DNA from: a virus
Taxonomy: Duplodnaviria > Heunggongvirae > Uroviricota > Caudoviricetes
DNA: 5,124 nucleotides
Virus record (IMG/VR): IMGVR_UViG_2695420708_000002
Strand: one strand, 5' to 3'
A program made the position numbers and the translations under genes. The number at the start of each line of letters is the position of its first letter. Positions within the stretch are counted from its first letter, which is position 1. Below are positions 1-5,124 of this stretch, in pieces. The notes below the pieces were generated by a model, which saw only the letters and a program-made list of their open reading frames with translations, was not told the origin of the DNA and ran no database searches.

Positions 1-34
1 CCTCAAAAACACCATCATACACTAAATCAGTAAG

Positions 35-63
35 TTGGCAGCATCACCAAAATTGGTTATGCT
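35..63 (+). promoter_or_regulatory. Candidate sigma70 promoter, possibly a late (pR'-like) promoter
   Basis: TTGGCA at 35-40, 17-nt spacer, TATGCT at 58-63, upstream of a terminator hairpin and the lysis cassette. Read by eye only; no scoring matrix applied. Confidence 0.25.
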
Positions 64-93
64 GTTAAGAGTGGTTACTTCGTCACACAGCTT

Positions 94-126
94 AAACCCG
101 CCGTCGAGCGGGTTTTTCCATTTTTT
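94..126 (+). terminator. Rho-independent terminator (tR'-like) upstream of the holin gene
   Basis: Stem AAACCCGC (94-101) / GCGGGTTT (108-115) with 6-nt loop, followed by TTTTT-CCA-TTTTTT. The position before S matches lambdoid late-operon organisation where Q antitermination acts. Confidence 0.5.
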
Positions 127-238
127 GAGTCTCGATATTAGCTGATAACCCAATACCTGAGTTATTCACTGACTCCGAGTCTGTTACGTTTCGTAGTATT
201 CCCTCAATTTACACCCGCTTTGTCTGCGAGGTGGGGTT

Positions 239-454
239 ATGAAATCCATGGATAAGTTAACAACGGGTGTCGCCTATGGCACCTCAGCAGGTAGTGCCGG
301 GTACTGGTTTTTACAGCTGCTAGATAAAGTCACGCCCTCACAGTGGGCGGCAATTGGAGTGCTGGGTAGCCTGGTATTTGGCCTGCTGACGTACCTGACA
401 AACCTTTATTTCAAGATTAAAGAAGATAAGCGCAAGGCTGCGAGAGGTGGATAA
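239..454 (+). CDS. S: Class II holin, phage 21 S-type pinholin/antiholin (71 aa; internal start at 248 gives the 68-aa form)
   Basis: 71-aa ORF beginning MKSMDK (dual-start motif, Met1 and Met4), two hydrophobic segments, charged C-terminal tail; SD GAGGTG at 228-233. Strong resemblance to remembered phage 21 S21 / E. coli essD. Stop TAA overlaps the endolysin ATG (TAATG at 452-456). Confidence 0.9.
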
Positions 455-951
455 TGCCTCCATCATTACGAAAAGCTGTTGCTGCTGCTATTGGTGGCGG
501 GGCTATTGCTATAGCATCTGTGTTAATCACTGGCCCAGGTGGTAACGATGGTCTGGAAGGTGTGAGACATAATCCTTACAAAGACATAGTTGGTGTATGG
601 ACTGTATGTTACGGGCATACAGGAAAAGACATCATTCCCGGTAAAACGTATACCGAAGCAGAGTGCAAAGCCCTCCTGAATAAAGACCTTGCCACTGTCG
701 CCAGACAAATTAACCCGTACATCAAAGTCGATATACCGGAAACAACGCGCTGCGCTCTTTACTCGTTCGTCTACAACGTGGGTGCTGGCAATTTCAGAAC
801 ATCGACGCTTCTTCGCAAAATAAACCAGGGTGATATTAAAGGCGCATGTGATCAGCTACGGCGCTGGACATACGCTGGCGGTAATCAATGGAAAGGACTG
901 ATGACTCGCCGTGAGATTGAGCGTGAAGTCTGTTTGTGGGGGAAACAATGA
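454..951 (+). CDS. R: SAR endolysin (lysozyme, T4 lysozyme-like glycoside hydrolase family 24), phage 21 R-type
   Basis: 165 aa; N-terminal Gly/Ala-rich signal-anchor-release segment [20 protein letters not shown]; catalytic E35/D44/T50 in GLEGV...YKDIVGVWT; near-identical to remembered R21 / rrrD. Stop TGA overlaps the Rz ATG (ATGA at 948-951). Confidence 0.92.
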   Translation: MPPSLRKAVAAAIGGGAIAIASVLITGPGGNDGLEGVRHNPYKDIVGVWTVCYGHTGKDIIPGKTYTEAECKALLNKDLATVARQINPYIKVDIPETTRCALYSFVYNVGAGNFRTSTLLRKINQGDIKGACDQLRRWTYAGGNQWKGLMTRREIEREVCLWGKQ

Positions 952-1406
952 GCAGAGTAACCGCGATTATCTCCGCTCTGGTTATCTGCATCATCGTCTG
1001 CCTGTCATTGGCTGTTAATCATTACCGTGATAACGCAATCGCCTACAAAGAGCAGCGCGATAACAAGGCCAGTGAACTGGAGAAGGCGAACGCCACCATC
1101 GCTGACATGCGGAAGCGTCAACGTGATGTAGCAGAACTCGACGCAAGATACATAAAGGAGCTTGCTGATGCTAACGCGACTATCGAAAGTCTCCGTGCTG
1201 ATGTTTCTGCTGGGCGTAAGCGCCTGCAAGTCGCCGCCACCTGTGCAAAGTCAACGACCGGAGCCAGCGGCATGGGCGATGGAGAAAGCCCAGGACTTAC
1301 AGCAGATGCTGAACTCAATTATTACCGTCTCCGAAGTGGAATCGACAAGATAACCGCGCAGGTTAACTACCTGCAGGAATACATCAGGACGCAATGCCTG
1401 AAATAA
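948..1406 (+). CDS. Rz: Rz inner-membrane spanin (i-spanin)
   Basis: ATG at 948 preceded by GGGGGA; N-terminal TMD ([20 protein letters not shown]) then a coiled-coil-like charged periplasmic domain; sits directly after the endolysin. The track ORF begins at an upstream in-frame GTG (936); ATG 948 is preferred. Confidence 0.85.
   Translation: MSRVTAIISALVICIIVCLSLAVNHYRDNAIAYKEQRDNKASELEKANATIADMRKRQRDVAELDARYIKELADANATIESLRADVSAGRKRLQVAATCAKSTTGASGMGDGESPGLTADAELNYYRLRSGIDKITAQVNYLQEYIRTQCLK
1168..1353 (+). CDS. Rz1: Rz1 outer-membrane lipoprotein spanin (o-spanin), embedded in the +1 frame of Rz
   Basis: ATG at 1168 with SD AAGGAG (1155-1160) and 7-nt spacer inside Rz coding sequence; signal peptide [20 protein letters not shown] with lipobox-like VSAC; Pro-rich mature part ([16 protein letters not shown]). 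The track ORF starts 6 nt earlier at TTG 1162. Confidence 0.8.
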   Translation: MLTRLSKVSVLMFLLGVSACKSPPPVQSQRPEPAAWAMEKAQDLQQMLNSIITVSEVESTR

Positions 1407-1438
1407 TTTTTTTGCAAATCACAAAGTCCATTTAATGA

Positions 1439-1460
1439 GCCTCGCGATGCGGGGCTTTTT
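1439..1460 (+). terminator. Rho-independent terminator after the lysis cassette
   Basis: GCCTCGC (1439-1445) / GCGGGGC (1449-1455), one G-U pair, 3-nt loop, then TTTTT (1456-1460). Confidence 0.45.
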
Positions 1461-1607
1461 GCAATAAATGCGTACCGCAACGCATGTTTTTTACACCGAA
1501 CCTGCCCCTTTGGAATGGGCCTTTGAGGATACCAGTTAGTGCTGGCGAGCCTCGGTGGGCTGGTTTCCTGTGCGGCAAAGGTTCATTTCAAAGAGTAGGT
1601 ACACGCT

Positions 1608-2105
1608 ATGAAATCATTAACCCTCTTCAATCAACCAATTCGTATCGGTGAAGATGGCATGATCTGCCTCACTGATATGTGGAAAGCCAGTGGTAAAAGT
1701 GAATCTGAATCGCCTTACCACTACCTGCGAAACAAGCAGACCAAAGAGTTCTTAGCCGAGCTGGAGAAAAACCACGAATCTGTGGTTTTTACTGAGCGCG
1801 GTGTACACGGTGGAACATATGGCGGGAAGTTTGTTGCTTACGATTATGCGGCTTGGTTAAACCCCGGGTTCAAGTACGCGGCCTATAAAGTCCTCGATGA
1901 CTACTTCACCGGAGAACTTCAGCATCGCAACAGCTTAAGTGCGCAGCTCAACATGAAATGTCATGAATTTGACCAGAAGAAAGACATGGCGAGCTTCTGC
2001 GGACAAGGGCTGGCAGCATGGCGCTATACGAAGCCAGTGTTGGTCGCTGAGATTAACTCCCTGGCTAACCAGCTGCAGATTACGATCCCCGGGCTTCCGG
2101 GATGA
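1608..2105 (+). CDS. KilA-N domain-containing phage protein (putative DNA-binding / antirepressor-like), 165 aa
   Basis: The N-terminal ~100 aa follow the remembered KilA-N pattern (IRIGEDGMICLTDMWKASGK ... LRNKQTKEFLAELE ... GGTYGG ... AYDYAAWLNPGFKYAAYKVL). Family assignment is from memory, not a profile search. Stop TGA overlaps the next ATG (ATGA at 2102-2105). Confidence 0.6.
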   Translation: MKSLTLFNQPIRIGEDGMICLTDMWKASGKSESESPYHYLRNKQTKEFLAELEKNHESVVFTERGVHGGTYGGKFVAYDYAAWLNPGFKYAAYKVLDDYFTGELQHRNSLSAQLNMKCHEFDQKKDMASFCGQGLAAWRYTKPVLVAEINSLANQLQITIPGLPG

Positions 2106-2359
2106 GTGATCATGTTATTGAATGCGCCTCCAGAGCGGGGCGCGACTTCTCAGAGTTCATGAAAGGCGAGAAGGGCATGATGGAAGCATTGGCCTCGGTG
2201 GATGAGTTTGGCGAGCAGCTGCGCCTCAACGGCTGTGTCAATCATCACTTTGTTAGCTACATGATGCGGAACTCGATCATGCAGGCATTCATGGACATGG
2301 CAAAAGCCGAGAGGAAAGAAGAGCGCCGGCGTAAGCGAGCGGAAGCAAAAGCGAAGTAG
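2102..2359 (+). CDS. Hypothetical small protein (85 aa), Met-rich with a basic Lys/Arg C-terminal tail; translationally coupled to the KilA-N gene
   Basis: ATGA start/stop overlap with the upstream gene; C8, C45, H48, H49 could form a metal site; C-terminus KAERKEERRRKRAEAKAK. No recognisable family. Confidence 0.5.
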   Translation: MSDHVIECASRAGRDFSEFMKGEKGMMEALASVDEFGEQLRLNGCVNHHFVSYMMRNSIMQAFMDMAKAERKEERRRKRAEAKAK

Positions 2360-2367
2360 CCATTACA

Positions 2368-2389
2368 AAGCCCATTTACGGGTGGGCTT
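2368..2389. other. Hairpin just downstream of the 85-aa gene (possible terminator or RNA structure)
   Basis: AAGCCCA (2368-2374) / TGGGCTT (2383-2389) with 8-nt loop, preceded by CATTACAAAG; no strong T-run follows, so terminator function is uncertain. Confidence 0.3.
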
Positions 2390-2656
2390 GATAATGAAAC
2401 CGGAATTTATTCTGGGCCACCAGTTAACGGCAGTACCACGAAACAACCCAAGCCAGTAAGTGGGGAAATAACACCGGCAGCCACTGAAAGATGAACCTCC
2501 TGCCTTATGGCAAAAAAGATTCTTTGTGGTGGCGGACTGATGGAAAGACATCCCAATTTCAGCCAAACATTGAAGGAGTTGTTATGTCAGCAGAAGGTTT
2601 CAATAACCCATCAAAATTCCGGGATGAGTGGGATAGCAGCGTAAAGAGTAAGTGAT

Positions 2657-2784
2657 GCCATCACAAAAGCCATTCCCTACAGAGTGGCTTTGATAATGGC
2701 TTATACCCTACACGGGATAACTTAACTGATATCCCTTTTAAAGGATAAAGGTATTCAAGCCTGACACATCATGCGCTGTATCGT
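2657..2784 (+). repeat. Copy 1 of a 128-bp direct repeat; ends exactly at the IS2 left terminus
   Basis: Matches 3621-3748 with about 4 mismatches by eye. Contains an imperfect hairpin (AAAGCCA...TGGCTTT, 2665-2695) and the sequence GATAATGGCTTATACCCTACACGGGATAACTTAACTGATATCCC. Confidence 0.8.
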
Positions 2785-3057
2785 TAGACTGGCCCCCTGA
2801 ATCTCCAGACAACCAGTATCACTTAAATAAGTGATAGTCTTAATACTAGTTTTTAGACTAGTCATTGGAGTACAGATGATTGATGTCTTAGGGCCGGAGA
2901 AACGCAGACGGCGTACCACACAGGAAAAGATCGCAATTGTTCAGCAGAGCTTTGAACCGGGGATGACGGTCTCCCTCGTTGCCCGGCAACATGGTGTAGC
3001 AGCCAGCCAGTTATTTCTCTGGCGTAAGCAATACCAGGAAGGAAGTCTTACTGCTGT
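2785..3057 (+). mobile_element. IS2 (IS3 family) remnant: left terminal inverted repeat plus the 5' part of orfA; the rest of the element is deleted
   Basis: Starts TAGACTGGCCCCCTGAATCTCCAGACAACC..., matching the remembered IS2 left end; continues into insC coding sequence; similarity stops abruptly after CTGCTGT at 3057 (IS2 is about 1.3 kb when complete). Confidence 0.85.
2876..3057 (+). pseudogene. insC: Truncated IS2 transposase orfA (InsC), N-terminal ~60 codons only
   Basis: [61 protein letters not shown] matches the remembered InsC N-terminus (HTH region). After 3057 the reading runs into unrelated Rz-derived sequence and stops at 3085. Confidence 0.8.
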
Positions 3058-3420
3058 AAGCGCGACAAAAACGCAAGAGAACTGAAGCTGGCGAACGCAA
3101 CCATTACTGACATGCAGCAGCGCCAGCGTGATGCTGATGCACTCGATGCTAAATACACGAAGGAGTTAGCTGATGCGAAAGCTGAAAATGATGCTCTTCG
3201 GCGCAAGCTTGATAATGGTGGTCGGGTGCTCGTCAAAGGAAAATGCCCTGTGCCATCCTCAGCCGAAACCTCCAGCGCCTCCGGCATGGGCAATGATGCC
3301 ACCGTCGAACTCTCTCCAGTTGCTGGACGAAACGTTCTCGGTATCCGGGACGGAATTATCCGCGACCAAACAGCACTGAGAACGCTTCAGGAATACATCA
3401 GGACGCAATGCCTTCGATGA
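3058..3420 (+). pseudogene. Rz: Second Rz (lambda-type i-spanin), 5'-truncated at the IS2 junction; N-terminal TMD missing
   Basis: In-frame translation from 3058 gives [51 protein letters not shown]..., close to remembered lambda Rz from about residue 37 on; C-terminus [11 protein letters not shown] parallels the first Rz ([11 protein letters not shown]). No start codon or TMD remains. Confidence 0.8.
3173..3379 (+). CDS. Rz1: Second Rz1 (lambda-type o-spanin lipoprotein), apparently intact, embedded in the truncated Rz
   Basis: ATG 3173 with SD AAGGAG (3160-3165) and 7-nt spacer; [21 protein letters not shown]... with lipobox VVGC; Pro-rich [11 protein letters not shown]; resembles remembered lambda Rz1. 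Likely non-functional in lysis without its Rz partner. Confidence 0.7.
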   Translation: MRKLKMMLFGASLIMVVGCSSKENALCHPQPKPPAPPAWAMMPPSNSLQLLDETFSVSGTELSATKQH

Positions 3421-3594
3421 TAGCGATAATTTTACTCATCATCCTTCACATCTGGCTCTGTAGACAGGGTGGTGCTCACTTCTGGAGTGAATCCAGATTA
3501 AACATCTCATTGCTGATGCTTGATATTGAGCATTTTGCGCGCGGTAAGGGGCTGCGTTGAGATAAGAGCCAGTCATTACAAATACCAGGATTTA

Positions 3595-3617
3595 GCCTCG
3601 CATTCGCGGGGCTTTTT
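3595..3617 (+). terminator. Rho-independent terminator downstream of the second Rz/Rz1
   Basis: GCCTCGC (3595-3601) / GCGGGGC (3606-3612), loop ATTC, then TTTTT (3613-3617); same stem sequence as the terminator at 1439-1460. Confidence 0.45.
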
Positions 3618-3620
3618 ATT

Positions 3621-3748
3621 GCCATTACAAAAGCCACTTCCTACAGAGTGGCTTTGATAATGGCTTATACCCTACACGGGATAACTTAACTGATATCCCT
3701 TTTAACGGATAAAGGTATTCAAGCCTGACACATCATGCGCTGTATCGT
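3621..3748 (+). repeat. Copy 2 of the 128-bp direct repeat; uninterrupted, continues into unique sequence
   Basis: Matches 2657-2784 with about 4 mismatches by eye; begins right after the terminator T-tract. Confidence 0.8.
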
Positions 3749-4017
3749 CGCCGTATTCCCGTATTAACCATGACCGTAGCCCGACGGGGAACTCCTTCTG
3801 CGCGAGTGTGCGGGAATAATCAAAAACGATGCACACCGGGTTTTTACCGCGTTTATGGTTCGCGGGTTTGTCCCTCATGCTCGCCAGTCCTGTGCGGGGG
3901 TGGAAGAAACAGGACACTTACACTGATTCTTGTGGGTACGATGCTATTCCTTTCTGGATTATCCCGATGTCATTCATGCAGGGCGCTGTATCAGACGTTC
4001 GTCATGGCTGTCAGGCT

Positions 4018-4132
4018 GACGGGTCCTCCCGGTGGGGTGGCCTGCCACGGGGCGGGAGCGGCGCGGAAAAAGGCTAGTTTTTGAAATTTCATTCGTCATC
4101 ACCACTACTGTAATGGATTGATATTACAGTGG
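4018..4132 (+). promoter_or_regulatory. Candidate cos site: cosQ/cosN-like segment (cosN about 4050-4061) and start of cosB with an IHF-like site
   Basis: GACGGGTCCTCCCGGTG...CCACG GGGCGGGAGCGG CGCGG resembles the remembered lambda right-end/cosN junction, lying 186 bp before the small terminase ATG (about 190 bp in lambda). IHF-like TAATGGATTGATA (4111-4123) sits inside a 10-bp inverted repeat (4105-4114 / 4123-4132); AT-rich tract 4131-4180. Confidence 0.4.
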
Positions 4133-4235
4133 TTTTATTTTTATGGTGTCGATTTTGATTGTTTTTTGTTCATCACTAACACCGTTTGCCTAAAGTTGTT
4201 CGCAAGATGCATGTTTAAAACATTCTGGAGCGGGT

Positions 4236-4730
4236 ATGGATCGAGAGTTAAAAAATCTGACGCTGAATATCAGTCAACTGGCGGCACTGTCAGGTGTACA
4301 TCGCCAGACTGCTGCGGCAAGGCTGCAAAATCTACCCGTTGCAGGGGGGCATGAAAGCAACCTCAAGCTTTATCGGGTGGTTGATATTGTGTCGGCATTT
4401 CTGGCATTACCACCGCCGGTTGCAGAAGGCGAAATGGACGCGCATGAGCGCAAAGCCTGGTATCAGTCTGAACGTGAGCGTCTTAAGTTCGAACAGGAAA
4501 CGGCACAACTCATTCCGGCCAGTGATGTCAGACGGGAGTTTGCCATCTGGGCAAAAGCGGTCGTGCAGGTGCTGGAGACATTACCGGATATTCTTGAACG
4601 TGACTGCGGTCTGCAGCCTGCCGCTGTGAGCCGTGTTCAGTCCATTATTGATGATCTGCGCGATCAGATAGCCCTGCGGGTGACTGAAGCAGGTGCGGAT
4701 GATGAGGAGGAATTACAGCAGGAGGAGTAA
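4236..4730 (+). CDS. Terminase small subunit (Nu1-like, putative), 164 aa
   Basis: First gene after the cos-like site; SD GGAG at 4227-4230; N-terminal HTH-like NISQLAALSGVHRQTAAARL; acidic tail DDEEELQQEE; stop overlaps the next ATG (TAATG at 4728-4732). Function inferred from position and architecture, not from recognised sequence identity. Confidence 0.55.
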   Translation: MDRELKNLTLNISQLAALSGVHRQTAAARLQNLPVAGGHESNLKLYRVVDIVSAFLALPPPVAEGEMDAHERKAWYQSERERLKFEQETAQLIPASDVRREFAIWAKAVVQVLETLPDILERDCGLQPAAVSRVQSIIDDLRDQIALRVTEAGADDEEELQQEE

Positions 4731-5095
4731 TGCTGAATCAGGAAACCGCAAAGGCAGCACGAACCGATTCAGGTTATATCCTTCGCGCACCGAGACGAAT
4801 GCGGGTTGCTGATGCCGTTGCTCAGTATATGCGGGTGCCCATGGGGGCAGGGAACTCAGTCCCGTGGGATCCGCTGGTGGCACCGTATGTTATTGAGCCG
4901 ATGAACTGCCTGGCCTCGCGTGAATACGACGCAGTGATATTTGTTGGCCCGGCACGAACCGGCAAGACTATCGGCCTGATTGACGGCTGGGTGATTTACA
5001 ACGTGATTTGCGATCCTGCTGATATGCTGATTATTCAGATGACGGAGGAAAAAGCCCGCGAACACTCCAAAAAACGACTCGCCAGAATGAGGTAG
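4730..5095 (+). CDS. Terminase large subunit (GpA-like ATPase), N-terminal 121 codons ending at an in-frame TAG; possible pseudogene
   Basis: Walker A P-loop VGPARTGKT at the position expected for GpA-family terminases; translationally coupled to the small subunit. The ORF stops at TAG 5093-5095, far short of the ~640 aa expected; the same frame stays open to the window end. Confidence 0.55.
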   Translation: MLNQETAKAARTDSGYILRAPRRMRVADAVAQYMRVPMGAGNSVPWDPLVAPYVIEPMNCLASREYDAVIFVGPARTGKTIGLIDGWVIYNVICDPADMLIIQMTEEKAREHSKKRLARMR

Positions 5096-5124
5096 CCTGA
5101 GTTTAACGGACACTCCTTCCTGAA

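Noticed and set aside
523-708. 61-aa ORF on the minus strand
   Set aside because: Lies entirely antisense within the well-supported endolysin gene; no RBS; likely a chance ORF.
936-947. Upstream GTG start (936) for Rz given by the ORF track
   Set aside because: ATG at 948 forms the classic ATGA overlap with the endolysin stop and has a G-rich SD; the 4 extra codons are probably not translated.
1005-1318. Minus-strand ORFs 1005-1229 and 1118-1318
   Set aside because: Antisense to Rz/Rz1, a region already double-coded on the + strand; low-complexity Ser/Ala-rich translation; no supporting signals.
2363-2566. 67-aa minus-strand ORF in the region downstream of the 85-aa gene
   Set aside because: Trp/Cys/Phe-rich odd composition, no recognisable RBS, overlaps hairpin and motif sequences; probably non-coding.
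2360-2660. Possible tRNA or tmRNA-like attachment site in the non-coding stretch
   Set aside because: No cloverleaf-compatible arms, no T-loop consensus (GTTCGAATC-like) and no CCA-proximal acceptor stem could be found by eye.
2831-3085. 84-aa ORF reported by the track
   Set aside because: A fusion artefact: GTG in the IS2 leader, then the InsC N-terminus, then out-of-frame read-through into Rz-derived DNA; the real features are the insC fragment (2876-3057) and the truncated Rz.
3048-3302. 84-aa minus-strand ORF
   Set aside because: Antisense to the second Rz/Rz1; Ser/Ala-rich low-complexity translation.
2657-3748. Possible CRISPR array, because of the repeated sequence
   Set aside because: Only two copies, each 128 bp and about 960 bp apart, with an IS element and genes between them; not CRISPR-like.
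3702-4084. ORFs 3702-3917 (-), 3770-4084 (+) and 3829-4077 (+)
   Set aside because: Cys/Arg/Gly-rich atypical composition and mutually overlapping; the + ORFs run across the candidate cosN site (4050-4061), where phage genes are not expected. Kept only as a remote possibility if the cos call is wrong.
4118-4629. ORFs 4118-4354 and 4294-4629 (+)
   Set aside because: Alternative frames overlapping the cosB region and the small terminase gene; the 4236-4730 frame has the SD, the HTH and translational coupling to the next gene.
4856-5113. 85-aa minus-strand ORF
   Set aside because: Antisense within the large terminase coding region; no support.

Overview
This window is the late-gene region of a lambdoid prophage of Enterobacteriaceae, rearranged by an IS2 remnant; the most interesting candidate is a two-gene KilA-N module sitting as a moron between the lysis cassette and the packaging site. 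All calls come from reading the sequence and ORF track against remembered phage 21, lambda and IS2 sequences; no search or alignment was run. Left to right on the + strand: a tR'-like terminator; a complete phage-21-type lysis cassette (dual-start pinholin S, SAR endolysin R, Rz with Rz1 embedded in the +1 frame); an intrinsic terminator; a translationally coupled pair (165-aa KilA-N-like protein plus an 85-aa Met-rich basic-tailed protein); a 128-bp element; an IS2 left end with a truncated insC, fused at 3057/3058 to an N-terminally truncated lambda-type Rz that still carries an intact Rz1; a second terminator; a second near-identical copy of the 128-bp element; a lambda-like cos region; a Nu1-like small terminase; and the start of a GpA-like large terminase ending at an in-frame TAG. 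The locus looks like a mosaic or tandem join of two lambdoid late regions.
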